Shown here: piece after piece, positions 43,894-53,001 of the stretch
How the letters are laid out: each line of letters begins with the position of its first letter
Numbering within the stretch: position 1 is the first letter of the stretch
DNA from: Nannocystis pusilla
Lineage (GTDB): Bacteria; Myxococcota_A; Polyangia; Nannocystales; Nannocystaceae
DNA length: 64,000 nt
NCBI RefSeq assembly: GCF_051105105.1
Contig: NZ_CP185339.1
Direction: 5' to 3' (one strand)
Program-made: the position numbers and the translations under genes
The notes under the pieces: model-generated
Seen by the model: only the letters and a program-made list of their open reading frames with translations
What the model was told of the DNA's origin: nothing
Databases searched by the model: none

Positions 43894-45225
43894 CTAGGGC
43901 CGGTTGATGGCGACGGTGATCGAGGAGATCCCGCTGCCGAGGCCGATGATGTCGGGGCTGCCGTCGCCCTCGAGGTCGGCGATGTGGAGCCCGTCGCCCT
44001 CGTTCAGGAGTTCGAGATAGGCGGTCATGTGCGGGGCGAAGCCCCCCTGGCCGTCGCCGCGGCGGATCGACACGGGGCCGGTGCCGGCGGTGACGAGGTC
44101 GAGGGCGCCGTCGCTGTCGAGATCGCCGACGGCGAGGAGGCGGGCGCCGCAGTGGACCGGGTAGCGGCCCGTGAGCGGGAAGTCGCCGTTCTTCTGCGCG
44201 AAGACGACGAGCTCGCTGGTCTCGAATTCGGTGTTGGTGGCGACGCCGGCGAGGTCGCCGAGGCCGTCGCCGTCGAGGTCGGCGACGACGAAGTCGTGGA
44301 ACCACAGCTCGGCCGGCATGCTCGGGGCGGAGATCGTCTGGACGGCGCCCTGGTTGTGGACGATCCGCCCGCTGCCGCCCTCGGTGAACACGAAGTCGTC
44401 GGCGCGGCCGTCGGCGTCGAGGGCGCCGAGGACGTAGCCCGGCGTGGCCTGTTCGATGGCCGGCCCGACGCTCTCCGTGAAGGCGCCGGCGCCGTCGCCG
44501 AGCAGCACGAGGAGGCCGTCGAGCGCCTCGGTGTTGGCGACGGTGACGATATCGAGGTGGCCGTCGTCGTTCCAGTCGACCGCGTCGAGGGTCATGACGT
44601 TGTCGGCGAGGTGGACGACCTGGTCGTCGGCGAGGCCGCCCTGGCCGTCGAGGAAGAGGACGTGGACGCTGACGCCGTCGGGGCCGATCGAGTGGGCGAG
44701 GACGTCGAGGACGCCGTCCTCGTCGAAGTCGCCGCTGGCGCGCACGACCGGCTGGTCGCCGATCGACTGCGGCCACGGCTTCGAGTCCGAGGTCGCCGGT
44801 GCGAACAGCTCGGCGCCGAGGGTGCCGTCGGCGAAGGTCATGAGCAGGTCGGCGCCGTGGAGATCGTCGAGCGGGACGACGAGGCTCGAGGTGACCGGCT
44901 GCGAGCCGAAGCCGACGGTGCCGAGGATGCACAGCTCGCCCGCCACGAACTGGCCGTCGAAGCAGGTGGCCTCGGCGGCGAAGCTGTCGACGAGCTCGCA
45001 GGTGCCGAGCTCGCCGCCGGTGTCGGTGGGGTCGATGCCGGTGTCGCTGTCGGGGGTGCCGGAGTCCGTGGAGGGCTCGTCGGTGGTGTCGCCTGGTCCC
45101 TCGGAGGTGTTGCCGGATCCGCCGGACGCGTGCTCGCAGTCGCCGATGCAGTGCTTGATATCGAGGTCACAGGCGGGGAGGAGAGAGAGGAGGATAGGGA
45201 GGGTCGAGATCGCCGGGATACGCAT
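43894..45225 (-). CDS. FG-GAP/VCBS-repeat lipoprotein
   Basis: LLSLLPAC lipobox. Repeated DxDxDGxxD loops (DFDEDGVLDV, DWNDDGHLDI, DLDGDGLGDL, DLDSDGALDL, DLEGDGSPDI). Confidence 0.6.
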   Translation of the reverse strand: MRIPAISTLPILLSLLPACDLDIKHCIGDCEHASGGSGNTSEGPGDTTDEPSTDSGTPDSDTGIDPTDTGGELGTCELVDSFAAEATCFDGQFVAGELCILGTVGFGSQPVTSSLVVPLDDLHGADLLMTFADGTLGAELFAPATSDSKPWPQSIGDQPVVRASGDFDEDGVLDVLAHSIGPDGVSVHVLFLDGQGGLADDQVVHLADNVMTLDAVDWNDDGHLDIVTVANTEALDGLLVLLGDGAGAFTESVGPAIEQATPGYVLGALDADGRADDFVFTEGGSGRIVHNQGAVQTISAPSMPAELWFHDFVVADLDGDGLGDLAGVATNTEFETSELVVFAQKNGDFPLTGRYPVHCGARLLAVGDLDSDGALDLVTAGTGPVSIRRGDGQGGFAPHMTAYLELLNEGDGLHIADLEGDGSPDIIGLGSGISSITVAINRP

Positions 45226-45502
45226 GGTGGCCTTTCAGCGAGTGAGTGCTTGGGGGCCTCGGGTTCCGTTCGCCGATCTTCGCGCCCTCGATGCGGCGGT
45301 GGGCGAGGTCTTCGCAGGTGCGTCACGGCGCGCTCGCCGGCGCGAGGTGGCGAGCGTCCGCGCGTGGTGCGTGCAACGTCTCGCCGGAGCGCAGCGGTCG
45401 TCCGGAGAGGCGAGGCGCTGGCAAGGATGGAGCGGCAGCAGCGATCGTGACCTGTCCGCAGGGACGTGCACGGCGAGGTCGCGGCGCGGGCGATGATGCG
45501 CT

Positions 45503-45590
45503 GAGATGTCTGGAGGGACAGGTTCCTGCGAGCGAGGAAGATGTCCATGGAGACATGCTCTATGGAGCAGGTCGCAAGGGACAGGTCGGG
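45503..45590. repeat. repeat cluster (CATG and CAGG variants) upstream of the FG-GAP gene and 3' of the ECF sigma gene
   Basis: GAGATGTCTGGAG, GGGACAGGTTCC, GAAGATGTCCATGGAGACATGCTCTATGGAGCAGGTC, GGGACAGGTCGGG. Confidence 0.65.
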
Positions 45591-45614
45591 CGAGACCGCG
45601 TCGCCGGCCACGGC

Positions 45615-46817
45615 TCACGAGCGGCACAACGCGGACACGCGGGCGGCCAGGGCGGAGGCGGGCCAGCGGGCGACGAAGGCGGCGGCTTCGCGGCGGGCGC
45701 GGTCGCGTTCGCCGAGGCGGCAGCGGGCCTCGATGGCGGCGGCGGCGGTCTCCTGGGCGAACACGCCGGCGGGGAAGCGGCGCTGGTGGCGGGCGGCCAG
45801 CTCGAGGGTGGTGCGGTCGTCGGCGGCGAGCAGGGCGGCGCGGATCGACTCGACGAGGGTGAGCTCGGCGGCCAGCGAGGGCTCCTCGCCGCGAGGGGTC
45901 GAGCGTCGCGCGGGGGCGGCGGAAACGGCCGGAGCGGAGGGGGGCGGGATCGGTGTGGCCGCGGCCGCGAGCGCGACCGGCTGCGGCTGGGGCTGCGCGG
46001 GCGCGGGCTCGTGGGCTGCGGCGACGATGGTTGGTGGCGGCTCGGGCGGTGCATAAGGGCGGCCGAACGCCAGCACCGCGAAGAGGCCGGCGCTGGCGAC
46101 CGAGAGGCCGACGACCGGGCTGCCGCCGGCGATCGCGGCCGGCGCTGCGGCATGGCCCATCGACCATGTCTTTGCGAGCATGTCCGCGACGACAGCCGGG
46201 TCGCGCGCGCCGGCCAGCCGCCACGGGGGCGGCCAGGGCGGGTCGACCACGACCAGCGCGGCGAGCACGTGGGCGCCCTGGCGCGGCCGGGCCCGGCGGT
46301 CGCGGGCGTCGAGGCGGCGGACCATGCGGTCGAGCTCGCGGCGAGCGGCGCGCAGGCGCGAGTAGACGGTGTTGAGGTTGACGCCGAGCTCGGCGGCGAT
46401 CTCGGGGGCCTGCCACTGCTCGAGCTCGGTCATGACGAAGACGACGGCCTGGTCGCGGTCGAGGCCGTCGAGGAAGCCCTGGAGGATCGCGGCGGCCTCG
46501 GCCTGCTCCACGGGGGCCTCGACCGCGGGCGCGAGGACCTCGGCCTCGCTCAGGGCGATGCGGCGCGGCTCCTCGCGCGCGGCGCTGCGCCGGTAACGGC
46601 TGGCGATGCGCCGCGCGATCTCGAACAACCAGGTGCGCACCGCGGCGCGCCCGGCGAACTCGGGCAGGCGGCGGTAGACGACCAGGAAGGTGTCCTGGAC
46701 GGCGTCGTCGACCCGCGCCGGATCGACGCCGAGGTGCCGGACGGTGCGCCAGACGAAGCCGTAGTTCGCGCGGTAGACGGCGGCGAAGTCGGGGAGGGCT
46801 TCCTGGGGGAGCGGCAC
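45615..46817 (-). CDS. ECF sigma-70 factor with a long C-terminal extension containing a TM segment (possible fused anti-sigma-like domain)
   Basis: Region 2 (FVWRTVRHLG...DAVQDTFLVVYRRL) and region 4 (ELGVNLNTVYSRLRAARREL). A further about 210 aa follow, including the hydrophobic stretch GSPVVGLSVASAGLFAVLAFG. GTG start. Confidence 0.7.
   Translation of the reverse strand: MPLPQEALPDFAAVYRANYGFVWRTVRHLGVDPARVDDAVQDTFLVVYRRLPEFAGRAAVRTWLFEIARRIASRYRRSAAREEPRRIALSEAEVLAPAVEAPVEQAEAAAILQGFLDGLDRDQAVVFVMTELEQWQAPEIAAELGVNLNTVYSRLRAARRELDRMVRRLDARDRRARPRQGAHVLAALVVVDPPWPPPWRLAGARDPAVVADMLAKTWSMGHAAAPAAIAGGSPVVGLSVASAGLFAVLAFGRPYAPPEPPPTIVAAAHEPAPAQPQPQPVALAAAATPIPPPSAPAVSAAPARRSTPRGEEPSLAAELTLVESIRAALLAADDRTTLELAARHQRRFPAGVFAQETAAAAIEARCRLGERDRARREAAAFVARWPASALAARVSALCRS
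46151..46190. repeat. repeat units in-frame within the ECF sigma gene (junction of sigma domain and C-terminal extension)
   Basis: CATGGCCCATCGACCATGTCTTTGCGAGCATGTCCGCG encodes DMLAKTWSMGH on the minus strand. Confidence 0.5.
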
Positions 46818-46838
46818 GATCGGGTCTGTCTCCGCGGG

Positions 46839-48209
46839 TCAGCGATTCCGTGGCCCGAATTGCAGGTCGAGGCCGAAAGTGGTGCGCAGGCCCGCGCGGC
46901 CGCCGCGATAGACCTCTTCGTCGCCGACGGTGAAGATCGGGCGATTGACGGCCACGAGGCCCTCGACGGCCAGCCACAGGCCGAGCGGGCCGGCGACCCG
47001 CCAGCGCAGCGCGGGGCCGAGGAAGAAGCTGGCCCATGGGGCCCAGCGCGGGCTCGGGACGCTGACGTCACGGGCGACGCCGTGGAGCGCGCCGACCTCG
47101 AGGCCGGCGCACAGGAGGATGGCGAGCGCCGGGCGCGGGTGCCAGGTCGGACAGATCCGCACGACCCCGCCGAGGCGGTCGAAGCGGCCGCCGGGGCGGT
47201 CACTGACGCCGGGGAGGATCCGGCCGGGCGCGCCGACCAGGCCGGCCTCGAGGCGCAGACGCGGCAAGGTGACGCCGCCGAACAGGCCGACGAGGCCCCC
47301 GACGCCGGGAAGGACGCCGACGTCGAGGCCGCCTTCGAGGCGGAGGTGGCCGAGCAGGCGCGGCGATGCGGCAGGCGGGGGCGTTCGCGCGGCGGTGAAC
47401 TCGGCTGTCTCTTCGGTCATGTCCTCGGGAGCGAGCGGGCGCGACGAACCCGCGGGCGGTCGCGGAGGCGCAGGCGAGGCGAGCCGGCCGGCCGGGGAAG
47501 AGGATGAATCTGGCCGGAAGGACAGGTCGGGAGCGGCGGGGATCGAGGGGGCGCGGGACGGGTCGGACGCGAGCGGGTCGGGCGGCAGCAGCGGTGGGAC
47601 CGGCCTCGTGGACGAGTCGGGCGGCGGAGCTGGGGATGTCCGCGAGGACAGGTCGGTGGGCGGGGCCGTGCCGGACGCGGAGGTCGTGGATGTCCGCGGG
47701 GACAGGTCGCTGGGCGGAGCCGTACCGGGCGGAGAGGTCGTGGATGTCCGCGGGGACAGGTCGAAGGGGCCCGGCGGTGGGATCGTGGCTGTCCCGGAGG
47801 ATAGGTCGGGCGGCAGGTCCGGGGGCGCGGGCGGGACGACGGCGGCCGCGGGCAAACTGCGGGTGACGGCCAGGGGGTCGAGGTGGATGGCGATCAGGAG
47901 AGCAGCGGCGCGCGCGAGGAGCGGGCAGCTCTCGGCGCGGACGGTGCGGCGGTAGTCGCTGCCCCGCCCGCGCAGCACGAGCCGCAGCTCCCACGTCGCG
48001 CCGACGCGCGTGACGAGCCCGCGGGCGACGGCGCGACCTGGCGCGTCGTCGCCGGTCGGCTGACGCAGCAGGCCGGCGACCATGTGCAGGACGGCGTCGC
48101 CGTCGGGGCACTCGCCCGGTGCCTGCCAGGTCAGGTCGACCGGCGGCGCGGCGGGCGACGGCGCGGCGGACGAGAGGCGAACGAACACCAGCGCGGCGAG
48201 GGCGAGCAA
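46839..48209 (-). CDS. putative outer-membrane beta-barrel-like protein with Pro/Ser/Thr-rich tandem-repeat linker
   Basis: ORF-track 46839..48494-. Signal-like LLALAALVFVRLSSAAPS (TTG start near 48209; uncertain). Repeats DLSPRTSTTSxxGTAPP. C-terminus with alternating hydrophobic residues ending GLDLQFGPRNR. Confidence 0.4.
   Translation of the reverse strand: MLALAALVFVRLSSAAPSPAAPPVDLTWQAPGECPDGDAVLHMVAGLLRQPTGDDAPGRAVARGLVTRVGATWELRLVLRGRGSDYRRTVRAESCPLLARAAALLIAIHLDPLAVTRSLPAAAVVPPAPPDLPPDLSSGTATIPPPGPFDLSPRTSTTSPPGTAPPSDLSPRTSTTSASGTAPPTDLSSRTSPAPPPDSSTRPVPPLLPPDPLASDPSRAPSIPAAPDLSFRPDSSSSPAGRLASPAPPRPPAGSSRPLAPEDMTEETAEFTAARTPPPAASPRLLGHLRLEGGLDVGVLPGVGGLVGLFGGVTLPRLRLEAGLVGAPGRILPGVSDRPGGRFDRLGGVVRICPTWHPRPALAILLCAGLEVGALHGVARDVSVPSPRWAPWASFFLGPALRWRVAGPLGLWLAVEGLVAVNRPIFTVGDEEVYRGGRAGLRTTFGLDLQFGPRNR
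47517..47830. repeat. imperfect tandem repeat of about 57-60 bp (about 3-5 copies), coding for the Pro/Ser/Thr linker of the 46839..48209 protein
   Basis: GGATGTCCGCGRGGACAGGTCG...GAGGTCGT repeated at about 47634, 47695 and 47743, with degenerate copies upstream. Encodes DLSPRTSTTS-type units. Confidence 0.6.
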
Positions 48210-48404
48210 GCGAGAGTCCTGGCCCGGATGATCGTGTCCGGGCAGACGGGGGGCGTCAACTGCCGGGCGGCGAAGGTCGCGGCCGCGCGGGCCGGCGTGC
48301 AGGCGAGCGGGTCGCGCGGGCGCGTGAGCAGGGCGGCGCGGACCGGTCCGTGAAGGCCGGCAGTCGGGGCGCGGACCGACCCGCCGGCGTGGGCGGCCGG
48401 GAAA

Positions 48405-48635
48405 TATCTGGTCTTCGAGACAGATGGTGAGGCGGCCGGTCGGGCGACGTGATGGCGATGGATACGTCGCCGGAATGGAGCGGCGCGACTTCATCTGGCC
48501 TTCGGGACATCTCGCGCGCGACGGGCCGGCGATCCGGCGGCGGGCGGACCCGGTCGGCGGAATGGAGCGAAGGCCATGTTTTTAGAGACATGTCCTCCAA
48601 GACATGTCGCCCGGGGCATGTCCGAAGGGCCCGGT
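48405..48635. repeat. large composite repeat cluster between two minus-strand genes
   Basis: ATCTGGTCTTCGAGACAGATGG and CATCTGGCCTTCGGGACATCTCG units. Direct repeat CGGAATGGAGCG x2. Then GAGACATGTCCTCCAAGACATGTCGCCCGGGGCATGTCCGAAGGGCCC. Confidence 0.7.
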
Positions 48636-48637
48636 GG

Positions 48638-49640
48638 CTACTTCGCCGGCTTGCGGCCGATCTCGAGGTCGTAGGCGGTGGCGGGGTCGACCGCGCCGGG
48701 CTTCAGGAGGCCGAGGTCGACGAGCTGGTCGGCGAGCGTCTTCCAGCGGGCTGGGTCGATCGCGCCGAGCGTGCCGCCTTCAGGGGCCGCCAGCGGCTTG
48801 AGGGCGGCGGCGCCCTTGGCCAGGATCTCGGGGCTGAGCTCGGTGTTGCGGGCGCGGATCTCGGCGTTGGCGGCGCTCGAGTCGCGCAGGTACTGCTCCC
48901 ACCCGCGCAGGGTCGCTGCGACGACGCGGGCGACCAGCTCGGGGCGGCTCGCCAGCAGCGACTCGGAGGTGACGAGGACGCTGGCGTAGGGGTTGAAGCC
49001 GAGGTCGGCGACGAGGATGCAGCGGACCTTGGCGCCCTGCGACTCGGCGATGATCGGCTCGCTGAAGACGTAGGCCTGCTGGACGGCCTTGGGGTCGAGC
49101 AGGAACGGGGCGACGCTGCCGCTGTAGGGGACGATCTGGACCGCCTCGGGCCAGCGGTACTGGGCGCGCAGGAAGCTGGCGAACGGCTCGCGCACGCTCA
49201 GCTGCACGCTGCCGCTCTGGAGGTCCTTGAGGTCGGTGATGCCCGAGGCCTCGTGGACCATCATGCAGCGCGGGCTCTTCTGCAGGCCGGGGACGAGCGC
49301 GACTATCGGGGCGCCCTGGGCCCGCGCGAGCAGGATCTCGCTGGCGTCGGCGACACCGAAGTCGACGCGACCTGCGGCAACCTGCGGCAGCACCGGGGCG
49401 TCCGGCCGCCCGGGCACGAGCTCGAACGTCGAGGCCCTCTTCCTTGTAGTAGCCGTGGACGAGGGCGGCGAAGTAGCCGCCGTGCTCGACCTCGGGGAAC
49501 CAGTTGAGGGCGATCCGCACCTGCTGCGAGTCCTGCGGGCGGCCGCACGTGACGAGCAGCAAGCCGAGGCAGGCGACGAGCAGGCGGACGAGGGCGCCGA
49601 ACCGCGGGCGCGGCGGGACCGGTCGGAGCGGAGCGCGCAT
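48638..49640 (-). pseudogene. NMT1/SsuA-like ABC substrate-binding lipoprotein; frameshifted near 49430
   Basis: The N-terminus (MRAPLRPV...LLVTC lipobox; RIALNWFPEVEHGGYFAALVHGYYKEEGLDV) is in the frame of ORF 48780..49874-. The remainder (ELVPGRPDAPVLPQVAAGRVDFGVAD...) is in the frame of ORF 48638..49756-. A 1-nt change at about 49430 (AA run) rejoins them. Confidence 0.6.
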
Positions 49641-49714
49641 GTGGGAAGCGTACACCCGAGCGCCACGGACGCACCAGCAGGCTCGACCGCGTCGCGGGGC
49701 GGATCGCGGGGGAT

Positions 49715-49760
49715 GGTTTCGAGGACATGACGAAAAGAGCATGTCCCGAGGGGCATGTGA
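49715..49760. repeat. CATG-palindrome repeat cluster
   Basis: TTTCGAGGACATGACGAAAAGAGCATGTCCCGAGGGGCATGTGAACGG. Confidence 0.65.
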
Positions 49761-49898
49761 ACGGTAGCGGGCAGCGCGGGCAGGGGCTCGCGGGCTCGCG
49801 GGTCCGCGCGGTGGAGCGCCGCGGAGACGGCCTCTCGCGGCTCGTGGCCCGGTACGCTCCGCCGCGCGGCACACAGGGACCGCCCGCCGGTGAGTCGG

Positions 49899-50948
49899 TC
49901 AGGCGACGGGGATCGGCGGTGGGACGATGCTGCCCGGCTGGCCGCCGGCGATCCGCGGGCGGCTGCTCTCGACCTGCTGGTGCGGGGTGCCGAGGGCGAT
50001 CGCGCTGGCGGCGTCGAGGCGGGCGAGCTGGGCCGGCGCGAGCTCGAGGGTGAGCGCGGCGAGGGCGGCGTCGAGGTGTGGGCGGGTGCGCGGGCCGAGG
50101 ATGGGGATCCGCGCGGTCGTGGAGCGATCGGCGTGGGCCAGCGACCAGGCGAGGGCGACCTGGGTCGGGGCCACGCCCGCCTCGGCGGCGACGGCGACCA
50201 CGGCGTCGAGGATGGCGGTCTCGCGCGCGGTCTTCTCGGTGTGGACGAGCATGCCGAGGCCGGTGAGGCGGCCCTCGTCGCTGGTGCGGTACTTGCCGGT
50301 GAGGAAGCCGCCGCCGAGCGGCGACCACAGGGCCGCGCCGAGCCCCAGCGCCTCGGCCATCGGCAGCAGCTCGCGCTCGCCGGTGCGCTCGACCAGGCTG
50401 TGCTCGATCTGCACGCCCGCGAGCGGGGTCCAGCCGCGCAGCTCGGCGATCGCGTCGCCTCGCGCGACCCGCCAGGCGGGGAAGTTCGACAGGCCGCCGT
50501 AGAGGATCTTGCCGGCCCGCGCGAGGTCGTCGAGGCCGCGCACGATCTCTTCGATCGGGGTCAGGCCGTCGGGGAAGTGGACCCAATACAGCTCGATGCG
50601 ATCGGTCCTGAGCCGGCGCAGGCTGGCCTCGAGCGCGGCGATCATGGTCTTGCGGCTGTTGCCGGTGGCATGCAGGCCGCCCCCGACGCCGAGGGTGTAC
50701 TTGCTGGCGACGACGAAGCGGTCGCGCTCGGCCGCGAGGAACTCGCCGAGGAGCTGCTCCGACTGGCCGACCTGGTAGGTGTCGGCGGTGTCGATGAAGT
50801 TGCCGCCCGCCTCGGCGTAGGCGTCGAAGATCCGCCGCGCCTCGGCGGGCTCGCTGCCGTGGCCCCAACCAGTGCCGAAGTTGCCGGTGCCGAGGGCGAG
50901 CTCGGAGACGCGTAAGCCTGTGCGACGACCGAATGTCCTGTACCGCAT
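49899..50948 (-). CDS. aldo/keto reductase
   Basis: GLRVSELALGTGNFG...IELYWVHFPD...GLSNF motifs of the AKR family. Confidence 0.85.
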   Translation of the reverse strand: MRYRTFGRRTGLRVSELALGTGNFGTGWGHGSEPAEARRIFDAYAEAGGNFIDTADTYQVGQSEQLLGEFLAAERDRFVVASKYTLGVGGGLHATGNSRKTMIAALEASLRRLRTDRIELYWVHFPDGLTPIEEIVRGLDDLARAGKILYGGLSNFPAWRVARGDAIAELRGWTPLAGVQIEHSLVERTGERELLPMAEALGLGAALWSPLGGGFLTGKYRTSDEGRLTGLGMLVHTEKTARETAILDAVVAVAAEAGVAPTQVALAWSLAHADRSTTARIPILGPRTRPHLDAALAALTLELAPAQLARLDAASAIALGTPHQQVESSRPRIAGGQPGSIVPPPIPVA

Positions 50949-51081
50949 CGTGTGCTCCTGATGTGGTTCCTAGATTATGATCGTCATATGAAATCGACAA
51001 GGGGATGGCGCGTGAGTTCGGTTGATTCGGTGAGGGCGGATCCGCGCGGCGCGGGCTTGCGATTCGAATTGGATTCGTTCA

Positions 51082-52458
51082 ATGATTGAACGTATGGAGA
51101 TGCGTCTGTCCCCGTTGGTCGTGGCCAGCCTGGCCGTGTTCGCGGTGTTCCTCGACACGACGGTGCTGTTCGTGGCGTTCCCGTCGATCGCGGCGACCTT
51201 CCCGGCGGTGCCGACGGCCGAGCTGTCGTGGGTGCTGAACGCGTACACGATCGTGTTCGCGGCCGCGCTGGTGCCGTTCGGTCGGCTCGCCGATCGCTGG
51301 GGTCATCGGGCGACCTTCTTGGCCGGGTCGATCGCGTTCACTCTGGCGTCGCTGCTGTGCGCGGCGGCGCCGACCCCGGGGCTCTTGGTGGCCGCGCGCG
51401 TGCTGCAAGCGGCCGGCGGCGCGGCGCTGGTGCCTTCGTCGCTGGCGCTGGTGATGCGGGCGACGCCGCGCGAGAAAATGCCGGTGGCGCTGGCGGTGTG
51501 GGGCGCGACGGGGGCGGTGGCGGGGGCGGTCGGGCCGACGCTCGGCGCGGCGCTGATCGAGGCGTGCGGCTGGCGCTGGGTGTTCGCCATCAATCTGCCG
51601 GTCGGGCTGGTGACGGTGCTGCTCGGGCGCCGGCGACTGGCCGAGTCGCGCGATCCGGACAGCGTGCTGCCGGCGCCGCTCGGGGTGGTGCTGCTGGTGC
51701 TCGCGGCGGTGCTGATCACTCTGGCGCTGGTGCTCGGCGAGTCGTGGGGCTGGACGTCGCAGCGGACCGCGGCGACGCTGGTGGCCGGGCTGGCGACGCT
51801 CGCCGTGTTCGTGATCCATCAGGCGCGCTCGCGGGCGCCGACGATCGATCTGTCGCTGTTCGCGGCGAGCAACTTCCGCTGGGCCAACGCGGCGACGCTG
51901 ACGTTCGGCGCGGCGTTCACGGCGATGTTCCTGGCCAGCGTCCTGTTCCTCACCGCGGTGTGGGACTGGTCGATCCTCGCGGCGGGCTTCGGCGTGGCGC
52001 CCGGGCCGCTGCTGGTGGCCGTGCTGTCGCCGCGGTTCGGGCGGCTGGCGGCGCGGATCGGCCAGCGACCGCTGCTGATCGCCGGCGGGCTGGCGTTCGC
52101 GCTCGGGGGGCTGTGGCGCCTGGTGATGCTGTCGGCCGAGGTCGACTACGCGGTCGACTATCTGCCGTCGATGCTGCTGACCGGGACGGGGGTGGCGCTG
52201 TGCCTGCCGCAGCTGTCGAGCGTGGTCGGCCAGGCGCTGCCGGCCAATCGCCTCGGGGTCGGCGGAGCGGTCCACCAGGCGCTGCGCCAGTTCGCGGGGA
52301 CGCTCGGAGTGGCGCTGGCGATCGGGCTGACGGCCGGGGCGAGCGGGCCGGCCGACGCGCTGGCGCGGTTCGACCGGGTGTGGTGGGTGATGATCGCCGG
52401 CGGGGTGGCGACGGCGCTGTGCTCGCTGCCCCTTCGGACAGGTCCGGCCCGGGCGTGA
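51082..52458 (+). CDS. MFS transporter (DHA2/EmrB-like drug:H+ antiporter, 14 TM)
   Basis: 458 aa, 14 predicted TM segments. GRLADRWGHR motif (MFS motif A). Confidence 0.8.
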   Translation: MIERMEMRLSPLVVASLAVFAVFLDTTVLFVAFPSIAATFPAVPTAELSWVLNAYTIVFAAALVPFGRLADRWGHRATFLAGSIAFTLASLLCAAAPTPGLLVAARVLQAAGGAALVPSSLALVMRATPREKMPVALAVWGATGAVAGAVGPTLGAALIEACGWRWVFAINLPVGLVTVLLGRRRLAESRDPDSVLPAPLGVVLLVLAAVLITLALVLGESWGWTSQRTAATLVAGLATLAVFVIHQARSRAPTIDLSLFAASNFRWANAATLTFGAAFTAMFLASVLFLTAVWDWSILAAGFGVAPGPLLVAVLSPRFGRLAARIGQRPLLIAGGLAFALGGLWRLVMLSAEVDYAVDYLPSMLLTGTGVALCLPQLSSVVGQALPANRLGVGGAVHQALRQFAGTLGVALAIGLTAGASGPADALARFDRVWWVMIAGGVATALCSLPLRTGPARA

Positions 52459-52495
52459 TACAATGGGCCCCGTGCGACGCAAGCGACTCGACCGG

Positions 52496-52927
52496 ATGCA
52501 GTGCTCGATCGCGCGGGCGCTCGATGTCGTCGGCGATCCGTGGACGCTGCTGATCGTGCGCGACGCGCTGCTCGGGGTGACCCGCTTCGAGACGTTCCAG
52601 GCGCGGCTGCACATCCCGCGGGCCACGCTGACGGCCCGCCTGGAGCACCTGGTCGACGCGGGAATTCTGGAGCGCCGGTCCTACCAGGAGCGCCCGCCGC
52701 GCGAGGAGTACGTGCCGACGGCGAAGGGCCGCGGGCTGCGGCCGGTGATCGTGACGCTGATGCAGTGGGGCGACGAGTTCGCCCGCGACGATCCGCCGCC
52801 GACGGTGCTGGAGGACGCCGCCACGGGGCTGCCGATCGAGCCGGTGCTGGTCGACCGCGTCAGCGGGGCGCCGCTCACGGCGTTGCGCGTGCGCGCGGTC
52901 GGACCGGTGGTGCCGCGGCGGGGTTGA
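52496..52927 (+). CDS. HxlR-family transcriptional regulator
   Basis: MQCSIARALDVVGDPWTLLIVRDALLGVTRFETFQARL is the HxlR signature. Start at ATG 52496 or ATG 52463. Confidence 0.7.
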   Translation: MQCSIARALDVVGDPWTLLIVRDALLGVTRFETFQARLHIPRATLTARLEHLVDAGILERRSYQERPPREEYVPTAKGRGLRPVIVTLMQWGDEFARDDPPPTVLEDAATGLPIEPVLVDRVSGAPLTALRVRAVGPVVPRRG

Positions 52928-52998
52928 AGGGGCATGCTCGCAAGAGCATGTCCGCGAGGGCATGAAGGATGGGGCATGTCGGATGCGACATGCGCGAA
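52928..52998. repeat. CATG-palindrome repeat cluster (convergent intergenic, HxlR / ABC permease)
   Basis: GGGGCATGCTCGCAAGAGCATGTCCGCGAGGGCATGAAGGATGGGGCATGTCGGATGCGACATGCGCGAAAGG. Confidence 0.7.
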
Positions 52999-53001
52999 AG
53001 G

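Noticed and set aside
47517-47830. Tandem repeats in 46839..48209 as a non-coding minisatellite or CRISPR
   Set aside because: They are in-frame within a long ORF and encode a coherent Pro/Ser/Thr linker. Copies are imperfect (about 80-90% identical).
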